64,000 bases of DNA from Rhizophagus irregularis (lineage: Eukaryota). A program made the position numbers and the translations under genes. The DNA is taken from NCBI RefSeq assembly GCF_026210795.1, contig NC_089430.1:1984001-2048000 (forward strand). The letters run 5' to 3'. Below are positions 14,487 to 29,800 of this stretch, one piece after another. Every line of letters begins with the position of its first letter. Within the stretch, counting starts at the first letter, position 1. The notes under the pieces were generated by a model, which had not been told where the DNA came from, did not search any database, and saw nothing but the letters and a program-made list of their open reading frames with translations.

Positions 14487-16790
14487 AAGGTGCTGCTTAT
14501 TGATGAAGAAACAGCAATTTCTCAGGAGATAGAGATCACATTTGGACACAATACTCTTCAGTAAAAATCCAGAATTGGCATATCAAACCTATTAACTTTA
14601 TAAGTATAATCAACGTCTAAAAATTTACTACTACAATATTGCTTCTGATCGGGAAGCATTTTAATTATTTGAAGTAATTCATTTGTGACTGCTGCACCAA
14701 CTCTTACTTCGTATCATATATAAAATTATAAATACTGTATCATTAAGTGAATAGTTGGTACATTTACAGCCTGATTGATGATAACCATAATCGGGTCTTT
14801 AATTTCTTGAGGAATGATTTTTCCAAAATAAGAAATTTTTTGTATTAAGGAGTAACCGTTTCAGATTATGGTCCAATCTCATACTAGCTAAAGTCTATTA
14901 TTATTATCAATAATGAAAATGGTCAATTACATTTTTGAGATTTACGATCTCTTGAATTAGTTTTATCCTCTTTACTTTCAGAAACATCTGCGCGTAAATA
15001 TATTATTTTTCTAGTAATATTTTTTTTCTTTATCATGTCCTACTTTACTCAATCATATCTGAAAATTACAAAATGATGCGTAATTTTGAACTCTTGCCAC
15101 AAATTCTTCATGACTTTTAAAATATATCTGAAATTTTCAACTCGGGAGATTGTTGTGGCTCCGGTTCGCAGTATTCATAGTTGCTAAAGAAATATTAAGG
15201 AATAAGTTTTATATAATTAATTTTTGGTATTACTAATACTAAATATTGGTGAATTTATGATGTAATGCCGGCCAGCATTGTATATGATTTTAATTCAGGC
15301 CAAATTATATCATAATGCTGGTATAGTGTCACATGTCAGTATGCAGAACTAGTATATTGATACCTGACGCACGTCACCAGCGTCACCTGTATCTCTTCCA
15401 TAATAAACAATTTAATGAAATTACCTTTTATTCTATAAGTAAATTTGTAAATCACAATAAATTATTCATATTAAAAAACTCGTAGTATATAAATAAGTTT
15501 AACATATTTACATAAGAATATAGATAATTGTAACATGGTGGAGTATAAATGTAAAAATGCCTTCAACAATTTGGTTAATGTTCTAATAAAAAAAAAGAAG
15601 AGAGTAATGTAACAAACAAATCTAATTATTATACGATTTAATTATTATACGATTCATGTCTTTTACTAATCGAAGGTAGAATTAGTACTTAGTAGTATTA
15701 GTTACAAAGTTTTTTGTAAAATTTTACAATTTAAAATTCTCTTTTTTATGATTTGTAATAATGTACTTTTTCTGCCAAATATTGTATAAATATTATAATT
15801 AAAACATATAAACTTTAAATAGAATAATAATGAAACGCTCTTATAAAAAAAATTTGAAGTCGGTAGATAGCAGATAACACAAATTGATAAATGACAAATA
15901 GTATCTATCGGCTCATGTGATTAAAATCTTTTAAAGAATAAATTGCTACTAAAATATAGTTCGAGCTAAACTAATGCAAGATATTTTAGATATTTTAAAA
16001 TTTAAACCATGATTTAATTAGACTAGTTCTAATCAAATGTTTAAAACTTGTGATTCAAACAGATTTATCATTTAATTTAATTTGAACAGTTCTAAAAAAG
16101 GATATTAACCGGAATGTAGTAATAAGAATTATAGTAACTAATTAGATAATTTCAGTTTACTAGATAAAAACGATGTAAAAATAGTTTATTTTACTATTTT
16201 AAACTGATGTGTTTAATCTGCTACTCAAAACCGAATTTATAAATTGTGATCAGTTCAGTTTGTTGTTCAAGCCCATTGTCAGTCTTTAAAGTTTTTGAAT
16301 TGATAAGAAAGCTTTATAGGATCAAATTTTCTGGTATTACACAATTAAATTATCTGATAAATGAAAATGCAAAGCCAAAAATATATGCCATAATTTACCA
16401 ACTATGTACTGAAATCAAATAGGTACATCTCTAATTTATTGCTATTTTGCCTGAGTCACACCGTAAAGTGTCTTTTTTTTTAATTATTAATTATTATTTT
16501 ATAATAATTCTTTTTCTAATTAAAGAATTATAGGATTAGCTAGTTTATATAGAAATTATGACAATTTGTAGATTTGTAGAGCAATATATATTTATTTTGT
16601 TCTTTAAAATTAAAAAATAAAACTTTATATTTGAACGTTACTCTAAATAAATTTTCTCACACTAGATACTTTTCCTGTATGATTTATGAATGTCTTATTA
16701 AGCTTTTTATGGTAAGAATGAGGATGCTGGTTATAAATTTCTTATCCAAAATGAGCTTTTCATGAATTTTGAAAGAATAGCATAGTCAAT

Positions 16791-18194
16791 CCCTATAAAA
16801 AAACTGGATACGTTTTTTATAAAGTTTTTATAAGATTTTTTTTCCTTAGAAATAACGTATCATGAGAGGATACGGAAAATGCGCAATTCCGTATCACAAA
16901 AACGTATCATTTGCACGATTTTATCACGGAATTTACACTGATTTTGTTACTGAATTTACATGGTTTAGTCACAAAATTTATAATGATTTGGTCACTGAAT
17001 TTACTGCTTAAATTACTATTATTTACTAGTACTTTATTAAATAAAATAAAAATAATTAAAATACAAATATGAAACATTCCCTCCCAAAAATCTTTATTAA
17101 AATAAAATGAAATGCATACCAACGTTTCTATAAGATATTTGAAGTAGTCCTAAGGAAAAACCTGTTCTTATAAAATATACAAAAAAGAAATGTTAATATG
17201 TTACTTTGATGCAAATAAAAACCCAATTTAAAAGTTTATAGAATTAGACCTAAGTCCAGGTTCGACTTTTCAGGAGTCTGACGACCTGAAAAACAAAATA
17301 AAAAGAAATGTAAAGAACGTTACTTTTACTCAAACTCCTTCCTATATAGTACTACCTACAGTATCCCAGGCTCATCTAAGTCTCCAAAAGTCCAGCAACC
17401 TAAAAAAAGAAGAAATGTTACTACATTTCTAATTAATATCAATTCCCTCTATTTAATATATACAGAAATTCTGAGTCTCCAAGAGGCAACATTCCTATAA
17501 AAAAAAGCTCAGTGCCATAAAAAAAGAAGAAGTCCTAGCGTCTTTTTTTTATTATCTGTTATTCCTGCTTTCCCCCTTTTTCTTTTCCTCCTTTTCTTTT
17601 ATATTTACCCACTTCTTTTTTTATCCCTTTTTATCTCACTCCTTTTTTTATTTCACTTCATGCTTTTGTTTTAAAAAAAATAATTTTTTTTTCTTATAGA
17701 TTCCACCTCATTCCCTCTTTTTTTAAAAAATTATTTTTTTTTATATCACTTCGTTCCCTTTGTTTCCTTATTACCTTATTAGAAGTTTTTTTAAAAAATT
17801 TTTATAATTTTTATAATTTTTTGGTTTCCCTCTTTTTTTTGTAGGGCGGTTTGATTTCTTTTCTTGTAGGATGACGTGTAAGATCGGTGATCTAAATAAA
17901 TAAAAAACGTATCACAGATCATAACAATAAACAATCACGTGGTCACATTTTATGATACGGAAAGTACCGGTATACGGAATGGAAATGCGGAATAATAAAA
18001 TTATTAACTGTTAAGTTTAAAAATTCAGTATAAATTCCGTATACACAATATTCATTCCGTATACATTAATTTTTTAAAAAATCTTCAAAAATGAATTACT
18101 TATGAAATATACGGAATTGTGATACGGAATTTTTAAAATCATATATAAAATGTATACAAAACGTATCATTTCCGTATATAAATTTTTTATAGGG
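16791..18194. mobile_element. Non-autonomous DNA transposon, CCC..GGG termini, 3-bp TSD (CACTA/EnSpm-like)
   Basis: TIR CCCTATAAAAAA / TTTTTTATAGGG; AAT on both flanks (16788-16790, 18195-18197); subterminal ATACGGAA/TTCCGTAT repeats at both ends. Confidence 0.75.
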
Positions 18195-18269
18195 AATGTT
18201 TAATTGTTACTTTATCATTCTTGGTATAAATGGATCAATGATGTGGTAAATTTCGGAAAGAATGGCATA

Positions 18270-19205
18270 CTATAAATATGGGCCGATCTGCGGAATTGAC
18301 CTTAAAAATCGTATAATCATCCATTAATTAATAATTTATAATTTAAAAACTATCACAAAAATGATTGGATGGGCGATACTATCACGTGCATAAAGAATCG
18401 TATTATAAATGTACGTGAAATTTCAAAAAAATTTTATGTATTTTACCATTCTATTATTAAATCATGCAAAATTATGCTCAACTAAAGCTCTATTTGAGTG
18501 TAATTTAATGATAATATTTTTACAAAAAACGGATTTAAATTAGCCAAATTATTTATTTTTGTAGTATAATATTTATTTTCCCCCAAAAAATTATATCTTT
18601 GTAACTTATATTTAAAATTAGGTGAAATTATAACAAAATAATGGTTTAACTAAGGTGGTTCTAGCAATACTAAAATAGAAATATTTATTAACAAGGGGTT
18701 AGAAAAGTCACAAAAAGTTTCCCCACTCTCTCTCTGATTTTTGAATAATAAAATTTGCCTAGTAATTTTGAAATAAATAAAAATTTTTTGTTATTACTTA
18801 AATTCTTTAATAAAATATGATATAAACAAACAAGAAATAAAATTACAACAAGTTTTGTCTAAAGTCCCAAACTTTTACAACTTCTTACAACTCTACTGAA
18901 CGCCAAGAACTTTTAGAAAACAAAAAAAAATAGTTACCAACCATATTTAATATGCAAATAACGTAAAATTATCACCTATACCAAAAACCCATTGGAATCT
19001 TAAAAGCCCATTAGATTTCGCGTTGTTTATTTGTATCTATGGAAAATATTTTTTATTTTAAAGTACAAAAAAAATTTTTTTTTAATCGGTTGGCATAAAG
19101 ATGATCATGTAACACAATTAGTTGTGGAATAAATGTCACGTTTTTTTAATAAATTTTATAAATCCTTAATTTCAGCCGATTCTGTAGATCGGCCCATATG
19201 CATTG
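18270..19205. mobile_element. MITE with TA flanks (Tc1/mariner-like) ending about 165 bp upstream of the kinase ATG
   Basis: Imperfect TIR core ATATGGGCCGATCTGCGGAAT / ATTCTGTAGATCGGCCCATAT, TA on both sides. Confidence 0.55.
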
Positions 19206-19369
19206 TATTTTAACATTTAATATTTGGTAACACGAAAGCAGCCATTTTTTGCTACAAAAGGTGGTTTTGTCGATCATCTAAGATGTATATAAATATCCGT
19301 TATAATTTTTTTGTCAATTTTTTCAGGAATAAATATTTAAACCCTGCTGACAAGTAATTTATCTGCACT

Positions 19370-20987
19370 ATGAATCAATTAAATGCAGAAAATCCAAATT
19401 ACAGACTATGTGTTCAATGCAAAAAACCAGATGAATCAAGATATTGTAGGTCTTGTCTTTCAAAGAACAATGAGCAAAAACATGGAAGATGTATATTTTG
19501 CAAGCAAATAAAAACGGGAAAGGATTGGTGTCAACCTTGTAATTCAAAAATATTCCAAGAAAATTTTGACAATTGGACCAGTGGTAACGATGAAATTGAT
19601 AATTTCATTCAAAATACTCAGTTATCAGCAAAAAACCATCACCAAATATTAGAGTGGATACCCTATAATAGGTTTGGTAAACCTAATTATATTGCAGAGG
19701 GTGGATTTGGAAAAGTATATAGAGCAAGTTGGAAAGACGGCCATATCACACACTGGGATACAAGTTGCCGTAAATGGGGAAGAGTAAACAGTGGCTCCTT
19801 AGTAGCTCTTAAAAGTTTGAACAATTCACAAAATGTTACATTGAAATTTATTAATGAGGTATACTTAATCATATTATGTGTTTTATTTATTAATTATAGT
19901 TTAATAACTAATTCGTTTAAACTATCAGATTACATTACATCTTAAAGTTCATGAGTATTGTATGTCAGATACGATTATTAGATGTTATGGAATAACTCAA
20001 GATCCTAATACAAAAAACTATATTATGGTTATGTATTATGCTGAGAGAGGAAATCTACAAAATTCGTTGAATAAAGAAAAGAAAAAGCAGCATAAAAAGC
20101 AAAAAAGTTACAAATTTTCTAATTTGGATTTGAATATTCGGATATGGAAACATAAGATTAACATTTTAAAATATATTGCAGCTGGGCTTAGGAAAATTCA
20201 TGGCAAAGAATTAATTCATCGAGATTTACATATTGGAAATATAGTATGTAATAGAACTTCGCCTCGTATAACTGATTTGGGGTTGTGTAAACCAGCAAAT
20301 TATAATGAAGGAAATAATATGATGTATGGTGTTTTACCTTATTTGGCTCCTGAAATTTTAAGAGGACAAGATTATACCAAAGCTTCAGATATTTATAGTT
20401 TTGGCATAATTATGTATGTAATTATTTCAGAATTGCCTCCATATTATAAAGTTGCTCATGATGAATTTTTAGCATTAGAAATTTGTAAAGGATTAAGACC
20501 TGAATTTAATATTAAAGTACCAAAATTAATTTTACATATAATTAAAAGCTGCTTAGATGCAGATCCATCAAATCGACCTGATGCAAAATATCTTTCAAGA
20601 ATTTTTTATGACTGGTTAATCGATTTTGATAAAGATGCAATAAGCTATTCAGAATCCATCAATAAAACAGAATTAATTAAACAAATTGAAGAAGCGGAAC
20701 AAATTAATAATAATTCATCAACTAACTCATCACCTTTGACGATACACCCTGAAGCTATTTATAAAAGTAGGCCATTTAATTATAAAAATCTTACTGAACC
20801 AAAAAATTCTGATGGTTATTATGAAATATATGATAATATATCAACAATGAAATATTCAGGTAACAATTAATCTTTATTTACTTGTTTGGTTATTTATCAA
20901 GTTATTTGTACTAACTGCTAATCATTTACAGAAAGTCTTCTAAAGTCTGACAAAAGCGATTGTTTAGAATGTGAAATTACTGATTGA
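19370..20987 (+). CDS. TKL-like protein kinase with N-terminal Cys-rich (CxxC) region, 3 exons, apparently intact
   Basis: AEGGFGKVY, VALK, HRDLHIGN, TDLGL, LAPE, SDIYSFG; introns about 19859-19929 and 20860-20931; last exon ends ..DCLECEITD TGA 20985-20987. Confidence 0.9.
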
Positions 20988-22958
20988 ATTAAAGTTCATT
21001 AACAATAATATCATTAAACTTTCTGATTCATAATTAAATATCTGTAAACAATCTTATATATAGAGAGTATATGTAGTATTTGTTCAACACTGATTATAAA
21101 GTAGTATTATGTAAATTTGACTTTTTTTGCATAATAAAAATCAGTTTGTAATTGAACAATATATATATTTATTACCATGCGCATGCAAATTAATAAGTTT
21201 ATTTAAGAAGGTTTAAGAAGGTGTTCATAATAAAAGGCATATTTTATATATAAATTTTTAAGGTTATATTTTACTAAAAGTATGTTGATATATGTTTAAT
21301 TTATAGTGTTAGTATATTTATAAAACATTCTGATGTTTGAATATAAAATTTGGAATTCTAACACTAGTATTTTATACTTGTTTAATCTATAGTATATCTA
21401 ATTTTTAACAAAAGTTAATGACTATTGATAAATATAAAATAGTGCACGTCGGTGGGATCTGCTTGTAATTTAAAAATCTTTCAATAAATTATAAGTTCTC
21501 TAAAGGTTTCTATAAATTAATACTAGATCTTCAAAGAATAATTTTCGATAAAAAATTTCTATAAGAAACTTGAAAAAAATTTAACTAAGATCATTCATGC
21601 GATCAATTAGCAGTTATGTCTTATCGTGAAAACTAAGACCCTATGTTATATTTGCTATCAACTTAGTATAATATATATATACCAAATTTTAAGATCATGA
21701 TCTTTAGAGTATGTATTATACATAAAAGCAAGTCATATCGGTAATAAAATTCCAGTAATTAATCGGTATTTGATTGACCTTTACCAATCAAACTATAAAT
21801 AATTTAAAGCCATGAACAAATATCTTGTTTTTTTCTAAATCTCTTGGTTCCATTCAATATCTAATTTTCTCCAGGTAAAAAAAGAACCTACTTTAAAATT
21901 TTTTTCTCTTTTGAAAAGGATTCGAAAGCAATTTTTTATAATTCATATTACAACACGCGATGATTTTTAAAAATCTCCTAATTAATCATCGATTAACATC
22001 AATCTTACATCGTGCCACAGAAAATTAAATATACAATCCTGTGTTTAACTTAAATTTTTTTTTTCCAACCGATCTAAATTTTTTCGGTTCCCCTTATTTT
22101 TAATTTTCATTTTTTTTTCTTGAACCGATCTTCACAAATGGTTCTTTCTTTTTTTTCAAATTTCTTCTTTTCTCGAAACACTTTTTTCTTTTCCTATTTT
22201 ATTTCTTTTTTTTAAAAATTTTTCGTTTTTTTCCTCTTTCTTTTTTTTTAATTCTTTTCCCGTTTAGATTTGGTTTTTTTCCAAAACCGAAAAATTATTA
22301 TTATTTTTTTTTATTAAATAATCTTTTAAGATTTATATCATTTTTTTCGGTCTTTTTTTTTTAAAAACCGATTTCTTTCTTCTTTTCTTTCGATTTTTTT
22401 TATTTTTTCTTTCTTTTTCCTTTTCGGTTTTTTTTTTCAACCCGATTTTTCTCTTTGTTTCTCCCACAAATTTTTTTTTTAGTTTTTATTTTTTCAAATT
22501 TTTTTTTATTTTTTTCCGGTTGGCTTCTTTTCCAATCCGAAAATTTTTTTCCCCTTTTCCTTTTCCGGTTTGGCTTTTTTTCTTTCAAACCGAATTTTTT
22601 TTCCCCGAATACATTTTTTTTTTCATGACAATAGATCGTTATAATTAATCTTTTTGAGGTTTTTTTTTCTAGAGGGTGTAATTTTTTTTAATGCTACAAT
22701 GGAATTTTTTAAGATAAAAAAAAAGATTTTTTTTGTAACAATGTAACAATAAACTACTTATACAAAATTGTTTTTGTAATGAATTTGTAAATTTCACAGT
22801 ACTGCAACATTTGTTTCGTACGATAAATAAGATTTGCATTTAATAATAATATTATATACTGTACATATACTAGATTGTGTAATTTACTACATTTATTTCC
22901 TACTAATACCATCATGATAATAGTTACCTACTCTCTTGCTTGATGGGCAAGTATCATC

Positions 22959-22987
22959 CCCGGCGCAACGCGACGGGTTACGCCTAG
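22959..22987 (+). mobile_element. Helitron-like 3' end; the element probably extends left through the T-rich tract from about 21.9 kb
   Basis: GC hairpin CCCGGCGC-AAC-GCGACGGG followed 6 nt later by CTAG|T. The 5' TC end was not located. Confidence 0.65.
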
Positions 22988-23274
22988 TTTTTTTTTAAAA
23001 AAAGATTTTCATGTTATGAGTAAAAAATACCCACAACTATGAAAAATTTAGACAATTTTTCGCCACCTTTTTAATTTTAGTTAAAAATTTTTACCTAATT
23101 TGCCAAAATTGAATAAATTTAATTGCCGATCTAGATTATTTTGTGTATTTTAACTAGTCTTTTTTTTCATAATTTTGTTGCCGCTCTTGGTATCGTTGCA
23201 ACACAAAAAAATATGTTATTAATTCATATGTAAAAATTACTAAAAAAAAAAATAATGGTGAACGCTATTTTAAA

Positions 23275-25040
23275 ATGGATGAAATTAAATTAAGTGATGA
23301 TGTAATTGAACAAATAAAAGATTTTAATCATAATAATCACTTGACTGAAGAACAGGAATTATCGTCAATTAATAAACTAATAACAGACAAAGAATATGGT
23401 TTGTATAAAAAATGTAAGCAGCTTAATACTGATTATTATTATTGTCAATCATGTAAATCACAAAATTTTAAACAAAACTTCATAAATTGGTATGAATTTA
23501 TTCAAAAAGCACAATTAAAAGCTAAAAATGAGAGACAAATAATAGAATGGATTGAATACAATAAATTTGAAAATATTGAATATTTAGCAAAAGGAGGATT
23601 TTGAACTATTTTTAAAGCTGTTTGGAAAGATGGTCCTTGGGAAATAAATTATGGAAATGATCAATTGGAAAGAGAAGGCAAATTAAAAGTTGCTTTAAAA
23701 TGTTTGCGTAACTTAAAAGGCATTACAGCAGATTTTTTAAAAGAAGTAAGATATTTTTCATATAAATCTTCATTAGCCTTTATAAATGGTTAAACTAACT
23801 ATAATTTACTTTTTAAGATTGAATCAAATATTTTGGTATGCGATACTGGTTGGGTAGTTCGTTGTTTTGGTATTACTAAAGATCCAAAAACAAATGATTT
23901 TATTATGGTAATGGAATTAAAGATGGTACAACATTTAAATAATAATTTCATTTCACCGAATTGGAAGCAAAAGTTGCAGAATTTATATAATATTGCATAT
24001 GCCCAGTAAATAGTTTTTGTGTAAATTTATACCAAACGGGCTCATTGGCTCGAAATTAGCTCAAATTTATGCAAAAAATAATCCAAATTTAAGCCAATCT
24101 AGAGCCAATTATATATGGATGAGCCCATTTGGTACAAATTTATACAAAAACTATTTACTGGGATGGTCTTAAAGATATTCATAATAAAGGATTAATTCAT
24201 CATGATTTTCATTGTGGAAATATATTAAGTGATTTTAATACGGGAAGTTTCATCACTGATTTAGGATTATGTAGACCAGTAAATGTCAAATTCTCTCAAA
24301 ATAATAATAAAAAAATATATGGAGTATTACCTTATGTAGCTCCTGAAGTTTTAAGAGAAAAGAATATACTCAAAAAAGTGATATTTATGGGTTTGGAATC
24401 ATTGCATATGAAATTTGTACAGGTTTCCCTCCTTATTATTATATAGCTCATGATGAATCCTTAGCAATGAAAATTTGTAAGGGAGGCCAAAGTCTAATTA
24501 TAAAATACCTCAATTAATTTTTGATATTATTAATCAATGCTGGGATTAAGACCCTTTAAAACGACCTAATTCAGATGAATTACTGAATTAATTAAAAATA
24601 TTAGAATGGGATAGTTATGAAAATTCTGTAATCAATAAACAAACCGAAGAAGCAGATGAAATTAATAAAAAGTCATATTCATTACCATTATCATCTACAA
24701 GTTCTACAAGTACACTCTCATATATGATACATCCTCAAGCAGTTTATACAAGTAGGCTTTAGATTTTAAAAATCTTCCAGAACCCAATAATGCTAACAAT
24801 AATAATGATTTATTTGGAATAGAATATTCAGGTAATTATAAGTAATTTCATATTAATAATTATAATAATTTAAATTAATTTTATAATGCTAACAACTAAT
24901 AATATTTATAGATTCCTTAAGAATGGATTTTACTAAACTTGATATTAATTCCAAAGGTAATTACTTTTGCATATGATATTTTTGATCTATTAAGTATTTA
25001 ATTAAAATATTTTTTTATTATAGATGAAAGAAATCAATAA
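23275..25040 (+). pseudogene. TKL-like protein kinase pseudogene
   Basis: AKGGF* (TGA 23602-23604 in the Gly loop), VALK, HHDFHCGN, TDLGL, VAPE; several frameshifts and a MITE insertion. Confidence 0.9.
24002..24162. mobile_element. 161-bp MITE, CCC..GGG termini, ATG TSD, inserted in the kinase exon
   Basis: About 44-bp TIRs CCCAGTAAATAGTTTTTG.. / ..CAAAAACTATTTACTGGG; ATG at 23999-24001 and 24163-24165; removal restores N-I-A-Y-G-L-K-D-I-H. Confidence 0.92.
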
Positions 25041-26862
25041 ATTTGATCATATTAAATTATAATAAATAAATCACTAATAATTCAAATTGTATAAATAAGT
25101 AACATGGTTGAATTAAGAAATTACTGTTCAGTGATACCTTTATTACAATAGAATACACCACTAGACTAAATTCATATATTAAATATGATTTCATGTTTTT
25201 TGTGAAATCAGATTAAATCTCAATCACGGTTTTTGTGAAGACACCCACTATTGTATGATCAGTTAAATATTTGATTTTAGATAATTTTGATTATATGATT
25301 AATTATTATAATTAGTATTTGAAATATTTTTTCTTATAGACTCTTGTACAGTCTTTCTTTTCTTTATTTTCTTCAATAAAATACGAATGTCTTTTTAAAT
25401 TTAAATATATTATTTTAACTTAAAAATATTAATTTAAAAAGTATTACATGAACTTTGTTTTATTGAAAAAAATTGAAAACATAAAAAACTCTGTTAATAT
25501 TACATAAGATAAAACCAATCAAACTCACAGTCACACGTTCAAGCTTTCCTTAAATGTTACAGGATAGTTCATAATTGAGTCATTTTGAAAAACACAAAAA
25601 TTTCTGCATATAATTATAAAATTTTTCTGAAGAAAATTTTTTTAAAGATCCCAAGATCCCAGACCTTCATCTTAAAATTTTTTTATATTTTATTCATTAT
25701 TATTTTGATTTTTATTATTTTTATGGATTTATTTGATGGTCACCGGAGGTTAATTTAAAAAAAATTCACCAGGGGTGATATTCACCGGGTATTTCATTTG
25801 GTACACCTCATGATTGGCATCATTTTAATTATATTATCGCGTAATGAATGTATTTATGTATTTATTTTTTTTAGGGACTTTAATGTTTCAAGGTAAATGC
25901 CAATTTACTTTTTTTTCTGCTCTTTTTTTTTTCCTCTTCAATTGAAACATTATTAACATTTCTTTTTCTTTCCCTATTCTTTAGAATAGATGAACGGCTC
26001 TGGAAATCAACCTCTATTTTTAGTTTTGCAAGGTAAGTGACATTTCGTTTCTTTTTCATTTTTTTTGTTTTTTCTTGACTTGGGAACGTCACTTTTCTTT
26101 CTATTTTTTTTTTAGGAATGGCTGAATGACTCTGGAAATTGAACTGTATTCTGGTTTATAAGTAGGCGGCATTTCATTTTTTTTCATTTCTTTTTTCGTA
26201 TTGACTTGGGAATGTCACTAATGTTCCCTTCTCTTTCTTTTTTTTTTAGGAATGAAAAAAAAATCGGACAAAAAAAATTAATAATCAAAAAAAAAATTTC
26301 TGATTAAGGTAAAATTTCATTAACTGAAATTGGATTAGTTGATTGGAATGCACATGGATCTATGGTATGGGATTTCAAGTTACACAATTCAAACTATTTA
26401 TACATGCTAGTCTAAACGTTACGGTTACACATTGTATTTTTTTAGTTATATAGAATATAGATGAGTGATTAGTGATGACTAATATTTAAAATTATGGTAA
26501 TAATGTAAAGGTTTATTCTGTAACCACTTTAGGTGTGGCTGATCATTTCCAAGATAGTTTAACAAAAAAAAGGTGATATTCTAAATATATATTACGTAAT
26601 AAGAAATTTTTCTTTGATTTATGATTTTTGCTGTGCAACAATGAGGCTGATGATTGTCATACATTCCAGATATATGTGCAAAATTTGTTTGTTATACATA
26701 TAATGCTTGTACTTATGATCAACGTTTTTGCGCATAATGCATTTTGCATAAATATTATTACCACATAGACCTATACTAATAAAGGCATTTAATAATAAAA
26801 ATAATAAAGATATTTACATTATCTGTTCCAGTCAGAAAGAATTTTAATATAATTATATAGTA

Positions 26863-29800
26863 ATGGCTCTTAGTAATGATAAAGGTAATAATCATATATA
26901 TAATATAAACATTTAATACAATTAGAATTCTAATAATTTAAACAAATTTACAATATAATAAAACTAGTTTCTGATAATATTGAATTAGAAGGAAGCAGTA
27001 GCTCTAAGGAATTCAAAGAAAGTGGCTTTGAAGGATTTGAAAAAAGTAGTACCAAGGAATCTAAAGGTATAATAACATGCGTGCTAAAATATTAAATTTT
27101 TATTTGTAAATACATTTAAATACTATCTATAATTATATCTTATATAATATTCAAATATAGCTCGTAAGTTAATAGGTTATCTTATAATTGAATAATAATG
27201 GAATTACTTACCATTTTTATTACATTTCATGCAATTAAATAATTCATTTAATGATTAATAATACTATAGTCAGTAAGTTATTAGTTATTTAAATTTTTAA
27301 TTCTTTACTTGTTTATTTTACATAATATTCAAATAACTAAATTCTTTATTTAATTAACTATTTAATAATTAATTGTATTACAGATGGTAAGTGACAATAT
27401 CATATTTATTTGTTTAATATTTTATATAACTCAACTAATTATATTCTTAATTTAAACAACCAGATTGTAAGTGATATTTAATATGCAGTAAATGCTTTTA
27501 TATTATCTTTATATTTAACTAATAATTAATTAATAATACTAGGGTGTAAGTAATAGATATCTATATTTCTATTATTTATATTATTCATATAATTTAAACT
27601 GACTAAATTCTTTATTTAAATAGATCGTAAGTTATAAGTTATTTATTTAATTCTATTATTACTTATTGTTATAATATTTAAATATAATTTAAATTAACTA
27701 AATTCTTTATTTAAATAGATCGTAAGTTATACGTTATTTATTTAATTCTATCATTATTTATTGTTATAATATTTACATATAATTTAAACTAATTAAATAC
27801 TTTATTTAAATAGATTGTAAGTTATAAGTTATTTATTTAATTCTATTATTATTGTTATAATATTTACATATAAATGATATAATTTAAACTAATTAAATTC
27901 TTTATTTAAATAGATCGTAAGTTATACGTTATATATTTAATTCTATTATTACTTATTGTTATAATATTTACATATAATTTAAACTAACTAAATTTTTTAT
28001 TTAAATAGGTCGTAAGTTATAAGTTATTTATTTAATTCTATTATTATATTATTACATATAATTTAAACTAACTATTAAAAACTATTTACTAATATAGGGA
28101 GTAAGTTATTTATTCTATTATTATTTATTGTTATAATATTTACATAATTTAAACTAACTTAAATTCTTTATTTAAATAGATCGTAAGTTATAATTAATTC
28201 TATTATTACTTATTGCATATAATTTAAACTAACTTCTTTATTTAAAAATTATTTTGTAATTTCTTTTAGTTGGTAAGTTATAAGCTATTATTTAATTCTA
28301 TTATTACTTATTGTTATAATTTAAACTAACGAAATTCTTTATTTAAAAATTATTTTGCAATTTCTTTTAGTTGGTAAGTTATAAGTTATTTATTTAATTC
28401 TATTATTACTTATTGTTATAATTTAAACTAAATTCTTTATTTAAAAATTATTTAATAATGTAGGGAGTAAGTTATTCTTTTTAATTCTATTATTACTTTA
28501 TTGTTATAATATTTACATATAATTTAAACTAACTAAGTTCTTCATTTAAATAGATCGTAAGTTATAAGTTATTTATTTAATTCTATTCTTACTTATTGTT
28601 ATAATATTTACATATAATTTAAGTTTACTAAATGTAATTTCTTTTAGTTAGTAAGTTATAAGTTATTTATTTAATTCTATTATTACTTGTTATTATAATA
28701 TTTACATATAATTTAAACTAACTAAATTCTTTATTTAAAAAATTATTTTATAATTTCTTTTAGTTGGTAAGTTATAAGTTATTTATTTAATTCTATTATT
28801 ACATATTGTTATAATTGTTATAATATTTACATATAAATTAAACTAACTAAATTCTTTATTTAAATAGATCGTAAGTTATAAGTTATTTATTTAATTTTAT
28901 TATTATTTATTGTTATAATATTTACATATAATTTAAACTAACTAAATTCTTTATTTAAAAATTTTTTTGTAATTTCTTTTAGTTGGTAAGTTATAAGTTA
29001 TTTATTTAATTCCATTATTTCTTATTGTTATAGTATTTACATATAATTTAAACTAACTAAATTCTTTGTTTAAATAGATCGTAAGTTATAAGTTATTTAT
29101 TTAATCTATCATTACTTATTGTTATAATATTTACATATAATTTAGACTAACTAATATTTAAAAAAATTATTTAATAATATAGGGAGTAAGTTATTTATTT
29201 AATTCTATTATTATATAATATTTACATATAATTTAAATTAACTAAATTCTTTATTTAAATAGATTGCAAGTTATAAGTTATTTATTTGATTCTATTATTA
29301 CTTATTGTTATATATAATTTAGACTAACTAATTTCTTTATTTAAAAAATTATTAAATAATTTAGCTTGTAAGTTATTTATTTAATTCTATTATTATTTAT
29401 TGTTATAATATTTACATATAATTTAAATTAACTAAATTCTTTATTTAATAGATCGTAAGTTATAAGTTATTTATTTAATTCTATTATCACTTATTGTTAT
29501 AATGTTTACATATAATTTAAACTAACTAAATCCTTTATTTAAATAGATCGTAAATTAGAAGCTATTTATTTAATTCTATTATTACTTATTGTTATAATAT
29601 TTATATATAATTTAAACTAACTAAATTCTTTATTCTAAAAATTATTTAATAATATAGGGAGTAAGTTATTTATTTAATTCTATTATTACTTATTGTTATA
29701 ATATTTATATATAATTTGAACTAACTAAATTCTTTATTTAAATAGATAGTAAGTTATAAGTTATTTATTTAATTCTATTATTACTTTTGTTGTAATATTT

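Noticed and set aside
13930..14990. Possible minus-strand gene remnant
   Set aside because: Too degenerate to assign a frame or family by eye.
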